Shown one piece after another: positions 27,552-40,856 of a stretch of 64,000 bases of DNA. The notes below the pieces were generated by a model. That model saw nothing but the letters and a program-made list of their open reading frames with translations. It was not told the DNA's origin and did no database searches. The stretch is from Octopus vulgaris (taxonomy: Eukaryota). A program made the translations under genes and the position numbers. Position 1 is the first letter of the stretch. Each line of letters opens with the position of its first letter. The stretch spans positions 15,252,001 to 15,316,000 of the forward strand of contig OX597828.1 in the NCBI GenBank assembly GCA_951406725.2. The letters run 5' to 3'.

Positions 27552-28172
27552 CCCAAATGTGGAAGCATGCTTCTTAACCATGTAGTCTTGGGTTCAGTCC
27601 CACTGCATGGCACCTTGGGCAAGTGTCTTCTATTGTAGATTTGGCTCAACCCAAAGGTGTGCGAGTGAATGTGGTAGATGGGAATTGAAAGAAGCCCCTC
27701 ATATATGTGTGTGTGTGTGTGTGTATTTGCATGTATCCTTGACTAGACATCATTTGATGGTTATAAATGAACATCATCACCATAAAAAGAAGATTGTTCA
27801 TTTCCAATCTTCTGTGAAAAACATGCCTGGCCATGGCAAAATATTATATTGCTTAGAAACAGGTGAGGGTTGGTGACAGCAAGGGCATCCAGTCATAGAA
27901 AAATCTGCCTCAACAAATTCTGTGCAGGCATCATAGAAAAGTGAACATTAAATGATGATTATACTCTTTTACTCTTTTACTTGTTTCAGTCATTTGACTG
28001 CGGCCATGCTGGAGCACCGCCTTTAGTCGACCAAATCGACCCCGGGACTTATTCTTTGTAAGCCCAGTACTTATTCTATTGGTCTCTTTTGCCGAACCGC
28101 TAAGTGACGGGGACGTAAACACACCAGCATCGGTTGTCAAGCAATGCTAGGGGGACAAACACACAAACACAT

Positions 28173-28223
<51 letters not shown>

Positions 28224-28488
28224 CCCAAATGTGGAAGCATGCTTCTTAACCATTCTACTATAACCTAATGAAGAATGAAGCTGGATCTCTTCCTGTCAGG
28301 TGTCCCAGATGAACCAACTTCACGGCAGGAGGGGCAGATGAGGGCAGCTGCATCGAACTCTCTCATGCACCAAATGGCAGTTGCTAGAAAGCTTTCGTGA
28401 AGTGAAACCAAGTAGCAACACCAAATGGCGGTGCCCCAGCATGGCCACAGCTCATAAGCTGAAACTAGAATCAATCAATCAATCAATC

Positions 28489-28519
<31 letters not shown>

Positions 28520-28893
28520 TATGACAGGCTTCTTTCAGTTTCTGTCTACCAAATCCACTCACAAGGCTTTGGTCGGCCCGAGGCTATAGCAGAAGACACT
28601 TGCCCAAGATGCCACGCAGTGGGACTGAACCCGGAACCATGTGGTTGGTTAGCAAGCTACTTACCACACAGCCACTCCTGCGCCTATATACATATATAAT
28701 AATAATAATATAAAAAATATATAAATATATAGGCGTAGTAGTGGCTGTGTGGTAAGTAGCTTGCTTATGAACCACATGGTTCCGAATTCATTCCCACTGC
28801 GTGGCACCTTGGGCAAATGTCTTCTACTATAGCCTTGGGCCGACCAAAGCCTTGTGAGAGGATTTGGTAGATGGAAACTGAAAGAAGCCCGTC

Positions 28894-28931
<38 letters not shown>

Positions 28932-31900
28932 CTATGTGTATATGTTTGTGTGTCTGTGTTTGTCCCCCCACCATCGCTTGACAACCGATGGTGGTGTGTT
29001 TACAACCCCGTAACTTAGCGGTTCGGCAACAGAGACCGATAGAATAAGTACTAGGCTTACAAAGAATAAGTCCTGGGGTCGATTTGCTTGACTAAAAAGG
29101 TGGTGCTCCAGCATGGCCACAGTCAAATGACTGAAACAAGTAAAAGAGTATATGCATATATACATACATATATGTACATACCTACATCTATATGTATATA
29201 TACATGCATATATGGGTACAGGACATAAAAAAAAAACGGTAAACACAATGAGAAACGGAAGCATAAAAACAAAAAACATAGAAACAAACTATTTTTCAAA
29301 CAACGAAAAAACAGAGTACAAGATATACAACATAAGGAATATTCCCCTTCTTCAGTTGTCCCTATTTCGTCTACTCCATCATCATCATCATCGTTTAACA
29401 TCCGCCTTCCATGCTAGCATGGGTTGGACGATGTGACTGAGGACTGGCGAACCAGATGGTTGCACCAGGCTCCAATCTTGATCTGGCAGAGTTTCTAGAG
29501 CTGGATGCCCTTCCTAACGCCAATATATATATATAAAGACTCTACATATTTTTAATATAAGGTTATATTGAGCACTTTTCATGTCTTTATATTACAAAAT
29601 AACAGTAAAGACCTCCTTTGGTCATGAATAAACACGGGATTGCATCTACAAACTTACCCTCTGAGGCACAAATGTGAGTAAGGTTGTTTATGGAAGACCA
29701 GCAGTCACTCGTGCATACCAACCACCCCACCCCACACCACTGATGTTGTCCAAAGGGAAGAGGCAAAGGCCAATACAGCTTGATACCAGTGAAATAAAGT
29801 ATCTTGCTCAAGATCACAACACAGCCTGGTCTGGGAATCGAACTCACTACCTCATGATTGTGAGCCCGATGCTAACCAGTGAGCCATGCGCCTTCACAAA
29901 ACAAGATAAACAAACAATATATACCATAATGACCAGAAGTTGTGAATATACACAGACATTATTACATGAATATGGAATGCAAACAATGAAAAGAATAGAC
30001 AGACTACTTAATGAGGCCCACCAAATGTCCAGTTCTTGTGATGTAGTGGCTTGTGTATCTTAATGACCCTGAGAGATATGCCAGTGATAGCAAGCTCTTG
30101 GTAGGGCCTCCATTGCTGGAGGATAGGGGTCAGACTAATATGGTAGAGGTGAAAATGGGTTTGCATAGGGCCAACACCCTTACTTAGAAAAGAGCAAAGC
30201 TAAAAAAGGATTGAAAATAATTCAAAACCAACAAGACCTAGGAGATGACATCCACATTTGATGGCCCGAAGTTAAGAACAGTAAAGAAAAGTTGTCAATG
30301 GTCTACACTCCATAGCAGGTGAAGGGCTTAAGTCAAGGAAATCACTCAATGAAACACATTTTAATTCCTTTCAGGGAATGTCTACTTAAAATACTCATTG
30401 AGGGTACAAAAATGCATGATAAAACATGTGCAATAGATGATTTGTTTCTATTTGAACAAAGATTACAAAACAATATAAAAGAAAAAAATGGTTCTAGATT
30501 AAAATTATGAAGATGTTAAATCTATATATTATCTTAGATAAATTTCAAACTAACTTCATAAGTTTAATGAAAGAACATTTCTTCATGCCTTAAACCCACA
30601 GACTGATGAGGGTAAAGCTTATTTTCAGATTTTCAAAGCATTTAAGCTCAGGATTCCCCACTGGATAGGTTGCCAGTCCATAGCAGTGTTAAGAGCCATT
30701 GGTAATCATTTTCAACAAAGTGTACTGGAGCAAAGTGATATGAAGTACCTTGCTTAATGATACAATGCATTGCCAAGTCTGAGAATCAAACCCATGATCT
30801 AATCATTATGAGCGTAACATCCTAACCACTAGACCAAATAAGGAAATAGAATTTTTTTTAAATGAACAAACTAAACCAAGATTTAAACATGGTCAAATTT
30901 TCTAAACATCTGTTCATATTTGCAGTGTACACAATGGCATATCAAATTTCTATGAAAAACAATACAAGGGTGACATTTACAGTGAAACCAATGCAGAAAC
31001 CACAAATAGCCAGATAGCCACAAAGCATAAAATCCATGAAAAACTTAAATGACACACCAAGAAAATAAAGAGAAAAGAAACTTAAGCCAACTGAAAAGCC
31101 ACTAAAACAATTTCAAAAACTCACCTAAAAGTAGACTCATTAATCCTTCCAAAAGTGATTTTGGTATAGTTAATAAGATATTAGGGTAAATGCTGACATA
31201 AACAGTCTACAAATTTTAATCTGTGGAACAACACTGCATCAGTTATTTCGTGTTCTATGATGTCAAAAAGAAAAGGAAATGCAGATATATCCAATATGCT
31301 ATCACTGGCTATTTTTGTTCCATAAACTAGGATCTTCTAAAATCTGTCCAATTCACCAGGACATACACAAATATTACACAAAGTGATCTGGAGATTATTA
31401 TGTATTTACAAAATGTCATAGTCTCCCATTGTATATCCAAACACAATCTAACCATCCACTAAATATTACTAAGCATGTACTTATATAAGCATTTGCAAGA
31501 GGATGAATGTACTGTTTCCCCAATGAAGCCCCACCCACCTTAACAAGGCCACTGTGTGCTACAATGAGGCACTAACATGTATTTCTTCAAAAAAGGAATG
31601 AAGAAGTCACCAACAATTACTACTAACTATCCTAAAAATATGAAGAGAAATATTTTATGGTATAACCCACCATATAACATCAATGTTAGTGTTGTTACTC
31701 TCCCAAATCAGAAGATACATCATGAGCAACCACAAATTTCCTTAGTTGTTGAACAAGAACAACATAACAATGAGCTGCATGATACATGTCAAGTGATAAG
31801 TAGAGCAACAATGCCAAAATATTACAAAGAGTAAAAGGATGATATTTAATTACTGTAATATAGATCTTTACAACCTAAAGAACAGATAAAACTAAAGTAA

Positions 31901-33996
31901 AACGGTACTGTAATACATAAACAAGCTGTACAGGACTCACAAACCCCTCCTTCAAAATTCAGCTGCTTCAGTAAAATACCTCATTCTGTCATCAAAACCA
32001 TACAACTTTCAACATATATTTGGAAGTAATGAAAAGTATAGTAAATGAATTATATCATTTTCCCCAATACTTTAAATTTCATGGTTTATAAAGCTATCTT
32101 CAAATGGAAGTGATTCCAGTGAAATTTGTCTGTCAAATACTGATTTTATTTTAGCATTCTCCATCCATGTCAGTGTTGTCAATATGACAATATCCATAAA
32201 CCATCAACATGCTGCCACAGACTGATAGCATTTAATCCTAATGGTTATAATACAGAGGATAATCATTATTACTACATGTAGTAATGATTATTTAATAAGC
32301 ATATTCACTCCATGCTGTACTGAGTACTCTCGCTTTTGTGGAATGATTATTTTCTGCATGTCAGTGTGTGCGATACATCTTGCCTTTGTGTAGGCATTCA
32401 ATAGGAGTCAATCATGGAATATGTCCCAAACTGTGTACCCTTGGCATAAGTAATTGGGGAACTAGGTGAGTCACTGTATGACTTTTTAAAAGGCAAGGCC
32501 CAGGAGATTTTAGTCAACAGAGTTCTTTTAGAAAAGACATTAATTCTAAATTGTAGTCCCTCAGGGAACTGAAATGGGACACTGCTGTTTGAGGTGGCTC
32601 TTTCAGACATGTCCTCAGTCAAAAAGACAACCATTTTCACCAGCAATATTGATGATATGAAAGTATTGCAAGCTATCAAGAACTATGTGAGATCTAAACA
32701 CAGTCAAGAACTGAGCTGAAAAAGTACCCCAACAAAAGTCGTTCAATGCTGGAAAATTTCAAGTCCTCTTTTGTAAGTCCACAAACAGATTGCAATCAAA
32801 ACACACAGATCCATGGGTTTCTAATTCCAGAGTCAGAATCAATGCATGATCAGGGAATCAATATATAAGTAATGACACATCATTCTATATGAATATTACT
32901 AATAACAATCCAACAGATGACTGGCTGGCTGGCTGGATTCTGAGATCATTCAGAACAAGAGAAGAGAAACCATTATTGTTGGTCCTGTAGAAGACATTTG
33001 TTCTCAGCCACTTGGATTATTGCTGCCAATTATGGTCATTGCATAGTGTCAAACTAATTGTGGAACCTGAGATAATCTAACACTGTTACAAAAAGATTAC
33101 CTCAATGCAATTGATGATCAGATAGGAGAGGGTGAAAGAACTGAGGCATTACTTCCTGGGGTGAAAACATGCAAGATATGCATTGGCGTTAGGAAGGGCA
33201 TCCAGCTGTAGAAACTCTGCCAGATCAGATTGGAGCCTGGTGCAGCCATCTGGTTCGCCAGACCTCAGTCAAATCATCTAACACATGCTAGCATGGAAAG
33301 CGGACGTTAAATGATGATGATAATGATGATGATGATGCATACATATATGCATACACACAAACACACACACTGAAGATCTTGGAGTATATAGTGCCAAATT
33401 TTGGGATTGAAAGCTATACCTATTCCTGAACTGGACATCACTGCATATTACAAAAGGTCACATGCTCTCCATTTAGAGTAAAAGCCCAACAGAATCATAG
33501 TTCAGTGTCCAAAAGCCTACAACTTTTCTATACCTTGTTTAAAAACCTAAGAGATCCACAAAGCATAGATGGGGATATACTCAAAAAAAAAGAAAAAAGC
33601 TCAACATCTTTTATGATAACTCAATATCACCGCAGATGAACTTACATCATAGTAAGAAACACAAATGAGGGCAATGATAACCAACTCTCTCATTCACCAA
33701 AAATTAAGCACAGACAAAAGGTTGTGGAAAGGAAATAAATTAAAAGTAATGGTGATGCTCCAGCAGAGCAACGACCAATAGGCAGAAACAGGTAAAAGAT
33801 TATATATATATATATATAATTTGCAATGCACAATATTATATATCCATTACAGCTGATCTTACTAATCAGTTTCATACTAGGGATTCAACAAAGTGTTAGG
33901 TATCAATTTGATTATGTAACCTTACATTCATCAGAGGCAGCCAATATGGAATGAAATATGTGTGTGTGTATGTATGCATGTGTGTGTGTGTGTATG

Positions 33997-34071
<75 letters not shown>

Positions 34072-35520
34072 AACACACACACGCACACACATATTTCCCA
34101 TGATTTTCTTTACTTTTATACACACATACACATTCACGTATATATATATATTCATACATATGGATAATGGCTTTTGAATATTTATGAATATCTATAGTGG
34201 AAACCAAAAGGGAAGCTCACAATATACATTGTAACAATCCTGGTCTAAGCAAACATCAGTGTACAATCTGTAACAAATACTTCTCTACTAGAATAGGTCT
34301 TCTTAGACCCAGATGAACAAATAAACGAGCAATGCTCTTCTGCTTTCTTCCTTCTTTTCTCCTCTCATTTATCTAATTTTTCTTTTAAGTTTAATGTTTG
34401 ATGCTTAGTCATGCCATTCCATATGTACACATACATATTTTCTGTTGCAGCTTTGTTTAAGCACAAAAATTAGTGATACCATTTAAAGATGACAACATAT
34501 CAAATGAACGTTCAGAAATGTTAGATTACTGCAGGCATTCTTTGAAGTTCTTTATAATTATGAACTGCCAAATGGCTGATTGAAGCAGTAATGTACTTCT
34601 AAATAGTTGATTAAATCAGTTAATTTACAGAAACTGGAATATCATTTTTTTAAACATTTCCATTTTTAAAGACACTTGATTTAAGTTTCTTCTGTTATAT
34701 TGTTGTTCTTTTCTTATTAACACATACAGTTGACAACATACATATATTTTTCACACACAAACTAACATACAGATATACGCACACACATATATATAGTCTT
34801 ATGCCTGCAATATTGATTGTAAAGTTCATTCTTATTTTTATCTCGTTAAGTACTAGATTCTCTCTGCGTTTTTGAAACGATGGTTACATTATTAACCAAT
34901 TACATCACTTTCTCATTCGATATCCACCAATCAGTGTTCAAACTTTTTTACTGTATGCTCACTGTATACCAAATTTCATGCCCTATTTTTTTTTTATCCA
35001 TAATCATCTTTAGATCAGCAACAAGAAAGCCATGGTAACCATATATGATGTTTCAGGCTTCCAATCAATTACATCACTCTACTCTCAGTATTGTGAACTT
35101 CCTTTTCTTCTGCTTGCTTACAATTATATCCTCATTATATATATATATGGTACCATTCTGAGGTACATTGCTGCTTCAATAGTCTAACCCATGCCGATAT
35201 ATAAAATTATAATAATAATATGAGCACTGTAGTTCGCTTGAAGCATTGTAATATAAAAGAGGGTAAAAAGAGAGAAAATAGAAGATTTCTGACAATGCAG
35301 AAAGTTTTGAGTTTCATAAAACTTTTTTTATTTCAGGCATAAAGGCCCATCTTCAGAAGAGAAACAGTCTGAGAAATGTCCAGTTAATAGCACCTGTATA
35401 ATTGGATATTTCCCAGGCCATTTTTCTTTTGAAGATGGGCCTTGTGCTTGAAGTATAAAGGTTTTATAAAACTTTCTGCATTGTCAGAGGCTTTCTATTT
35501 TCTTTCTTTTTACTCTCTTG

Positions 35521-35558
<38 letters not shown>

Positions 35559-35578
35559 TAATAATAATAATAATAATG

Positions 35579-35609
<31 letters not shown>

Positions 35610-38600
35610 TACGTGTATATATTTTGGTAGCAAATTGAATTAAAACCAGCAGTCATGTTGTAAACAATATCAATTGCTCATATTCAGTGTATATATTTTG
35701 TTTGTTTCCTGGTTCACTATGGCGAACAAACAAAACACATACATTGAATATATGCAGTTGATAAAATATATTTGTTGTTTACAACATAAGAATTGAGAAA
35801 CTTCAAGCAACATGAAATAAATTGTTTTCAATGGTGAAACTCAAAGTAGATAAAACTATAAACAGCAATCTTTAAATATTGAGTTAAAAAAGCTCTTCTG
35901 ATGGAAAAAAAAAAGTTGAAAGCTGTCAATGGGACATGAACATATGAATTCATATCATTGGCTGACATGACAGATGTTTTACCACATGACCAAAGCAATC
36001 CCTCAAATTTGTTCATTTATTTTAGATTTTGTTCTTAACAGCAAGAATTGTACATTATTTATGATATATAAGAATTAAATAACTTCAAGAAATGTGAAAT
36101 AAGTTGTTTTTAATGGAGGAACTCGTTCTTTATACCAATATTTATATGCTACTTTTTATAGTATTATCTACATTGAGTTCCACATTAAAAATAATATATA
36201 CATATATATATACAAAAATTATAATTTAGGGTATCTAAGAGATACCACCACACTTGAAATAACAGTCAAAACTTGACTCTAAAAATACATTAAATTTCAG
36301 TGACTGAAACAGCTGTCATGCTTCAAACAGCTTACAAGGACGCTGCCATGAGCAAAACACAAGTTTAGGAGTGATTTCCATGCTTCAGGAGTGGTCACTT
36401 GAAGACCAACCTCATTCAGGACAACTGTCAACCTCCCAAATAAATGAATATTTAATGTGGTTTTAGAGTCAAGTTTTGACTGCTATTTCAAGCGTGGTGA
36501 CATCTCTTAGATACCCTAAATTATAATTTTAAATAATTATTACCTTTGAAAGGTTTTTATTCCCATGCTGGCCACCTGATAAGATCGGTATTTGAATATC
36601 GATCTTATCCTTATTTATATACACACACACACACACCAATGCTAGATGTCTAACAAGTTTTTACAATAAGCAAGATGTTTTGTTTTTTTTTAACTTTATC
36701 AAATAACAGGTACAAATAAAGAAGAGATAGAAGATGAAGTTATTACCTGCTCATCATACTGTTTAGCAAAATGTAGCAGTTCAGGAGTCTAAAAATTAAA
36801 AAGAAACAGAAATAATTTAATAAATGACTTTTGAAATACATCTCATTGATTAATGGACTGTCAATATATAAGACTAGCACTATGACTTGGCAACGCCGGG
36901 TCATAATGCTAGTGCACGCATATACAGCTGCGTGCGTGCGCACATACACGCGAGTATTGTCCAAATCTCTGACCAATCACATACAGCTAGCTGGCATTCA
37001 ATTGGTGTATCAAGTTTTGGGCATTTTGATTGGGTTTTGGATAGAAAATTCACAAAAAAGTCACTTCTATCGATTTTTTAATGGCGTTGTGGGGTGACTG
37101 GGGAAATGTAAAGATGTGCACGACCACCCTTGGACGGTTTTGAATGACCATAGAAAGTGCGAGGGGGCCCAGTTGATTAGATTGAACCCAGTATGCAACT
37201 GGGTCTTAATTTATCGACCCTGAAAGGATGAAAGGCAAAGTCGACTTTGGTGGAATTTGAACTCGAAATGTAGCAACAGACAAAATACCGCTAAGCATTT
37301 TGCCCAGTGTGCTAATGTTTCTGCCATCTTGCCACCTTAAAAATATTCTTTTCTACTCTAGGCACAAGGCTCAAAATTTTGGGGGAGGGGGCCAGTTGAT
37401 TAGATCAACCCCAGTATGCAACTGGGTCTTAATTTATCAACCCTGAAAGGATGAAAGGCAAAGTTGATCTCAGCAGAATTTGAACTCAGAACGTAAAGAC
37501 AGACGAAATACTGCTAAGCATTTCGCCCAGCATGCTAACATTTCTGCCAGCTTGCAGCCTTGTAACATTGAAAATATTGACAATAAAATTATTATATTTA
37601 CTTCTTTCATTGGAACTTTCAGTTTAAGTAGTTCTGCATAACGACATAAAACTTTGAATGGTGCATGGATTTTCATAAAATGGATTTCGGAATCACTCTG
37701 AAACAGTAAGAAAAACAGGATTTAAATTAAATGTCTGAATGTCTGAGATGAGTCTTATTATAATTATAATATAATACATCAACCCCAGAGTTCAACTGGT
37801 ACTTATTTTTTTTAATAACCCTGAAAGGATGAAAGGTAAAGTTGACCTTGGCAGAACTTGAACTCAGAATGTTTTGTCTGTCCTTACATTCTGAGTTCAA
37901 ATTCCACTGATGGTGATAGTGGTGGTGGGAGTGGTGGTGAAGGTGATAGTAATAGTGAGAGTGGCAGTAATGGTGAGAGTGGTGGTGACGGTGAGAGCGG
38001 TGGTGATGGTGATAGTGATGGTGATAGCAGTGGTAAGAGTGGTGGTGGTGAAAGTGGTGATGATGGTGAGAGGTGGTGATGGAGAGAGTGGTAGTGATGG
38101 AGAGAGTGGTGGTGATGGTTGTGATAGTGATGGTGATGATGGTGGTGTTGGTGATGGTGAGCGTGTTGGTGATGTGGTGGTTGTGATAGTGGTAGTGGTG
38201 ATGTTCATGATAGTGATGGTGATGATGGTAGTGTCGGTGATGGTGGTTGTGACAGTGTTGATAATGGTGGTGATGACTGTTGGTGATGATGGTGGTGATG
38301 ATGATGGTGATAATGGTGTTGGTGTCGGTAGTGGTGGTGATGGTAGTGATAGTGCCTGTAGTATTTAACAAGACATAACTTACGGTATCAACTTCAAGTT
38401 CTAGGAACTCTTTCTTCAAGTTATCATGAAAAGTCGAGCGAGCGTTCTGTGATTCTGTCATCTTCTTACTATGTCTATTCCATGCAATGATATAATCGAT
38501 CCGTCGCACTCCATCTTCAAAATATAATTTCCTTCCCTAAATAACAAAAGAAACAAAATATAAAAACTTTGAATGCTGCATGGATTTTCTTAAAATGTTC

Positions 38601-40169
38601 TTGAAATGGTTATCAGAATCACTTTGAAACATAAAAGGAAAATAAATATTAACAAGAGCGCAAACCTCTGCCAAGGCAACACCAACGTCCTAGCAATGAT
38701 TAGCCAGAGATGATTTTTAAAATGTAAATATCTGAAATAAACTCGACTGCTCTCACAAACGAGAATACTAAAAATTAACCTGACCGCTCTCAAAACTTAA
38801 TCCTTTCATTACAGTATTTATTTTGAGATGCTCTGTTTTTCTTTCAATTAATATTAAATATAACAAAGAATTTAGTAAAATAACTTAATTATCATTAAGC
38901 TAGTGTTAGGAACATAAATTGTGACTAAGATTTGGTGGAAGATTTTAATTCAAAACTTATGAAAACAAGACATTTGTACCTCAGAGCCAGAGCCGGTTTC
39001 AGTTGGGTTGGTAACAAAAGGGTTAAGCAAAAAAAATAGGAAAAATAATCCAGAATCCTTGTCCAAAACTGGATCGATGCCAAAAATTAATCTGTTTGTG
39101 CCAGTCACGAGGCCAAACATCCCTGAAAATTTCATCCAAATCCATCCAGCGGTTCTTGCGACTGAAAGCAATATCTCTGCCTTCGCTAATGTGGAGGTAA
39201 TATATACGTTTGAGTATGCATTTCACATACGTTCTTTCACACTGGCATAGTTCAGACAAATAATTATAATTGAGGTATGGATTTATAGCTGGATGCTCTT
39301 CCTGCTGTTGATCCTGTCTCTCAAGTTTTGGATTTTCCATTCCATTCTTCTTTGAAACATGGAGAGTTAGTTCTTCTATTGTTTTACTTGTTTCAGTCAT
39401 TTGAGTGCAGCCATACTGGAGCACTACCTGAAGGGTTTTAGTTGAAGAAATCGACCCCAAGATTTATTCTTTGTAAGCCTGGTACTTATTCTACTGATCT
39501 CTTTTGCCGAACTGTTAAGTTATAGGGACATAAATAGACCAGCATCAGATGTCAAGCTATGTTGGGGGGACAAACACAGACACACACACACATATATGAT
39601 GGGATTCTTTCAGTTTCCATCTACCAAATCTGCTCGCAAGGCTTTGGTCAGCCTGAGGCTGTAGTAGAAGACATTTGCCCAGGGTGCCATACAGTGGGAC
39701 TGAACCTGGAACCATGTGGTTGAGTTGAGAAGCAAACTTCTTACCACACAGCCATGGCTGTGCCTATAATCTTCTGACAGAGAACTGCCAACAAACATCA
39801 CCATTTACAAAAGGATGCTTTTTTTTTATGCAAACTACAGAATGTAAACAGTCACGCATGATTTGGAAAGCAGTTAATAGGTAAGTGTTCGCAACAGGAA
39901 GAACATCTAGCTACATCTCATCATCAGCACTTAGTGTTTCCTGGTGGTGATGGTGATGCTGAACAAGAATCACTTAGCATTGTTAGTAAACCAGGCTGTG
40001 TGGCTAAAAAGTCCAAGATTCATGCAGTGGGTTTTTGATCCCACTGCATGGCATCTTAGACAAGTGTCTGCTATAATAGCAGTGGAATTTGGTTGACAGA
40101 AACTATGCAGAAGCTTGTTATGTGTGTATGTTTGTGTGTGTGTGTATATACATATATATGTGTGTGTGC

Positions 40170-40249
<80 letters not shown>

Positions 40250-40545
40250 CTGTTATATGTGACAATTATTCGGTAGCCATGATAAAACTCCGAGTTTTGG
40301 ATGTCGGGGTGGAAACCACACTGCCATCTCTTCAGTTATCCAGCCATCGGAAAAAATGCTATCACTGCTATTTTTTTCGATGGCCGGATAACTGAAGAGA
40401 TGGCAATGTAGATTTCCACCCTGACATCCGAAACTCAGAGTTTTATCATGGCTACCGAATAATTGTCACATATTAGAGATAAATTCCTCTATTTACATAA
40501 TATCAAGGTCTCTTTCATTCTTTGGTTGTCTTACCATTTCTAGTA

Positions 40546-40594
<49 letters not shown>

Positions 40595-40800
40595 CATACA
40601 CACACATATATATATACACACACACACACACATATATATATACACACACACACACATATATATACACACACACACACACACACATAATATACACACACAC
40701 ACACATATATATATATATACACATGCACACACACACATATATATATATACACACGCACACACACATATATATATATACAAATATATATATAAACACACAT

Positions 40801-40856
<56 letters not shown>

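Noticed and set aside
37727-38509. 260-aa His/Thr-rich ORF (longest in the track)
   Set aside because: Only the first ~42 codons are real anoctamin exon. The frame then runs through a GTAAGT donor into a trinucleotide repeat that lacks stops by composition. A His-rich retained-intron product is conceivable but unsupported.
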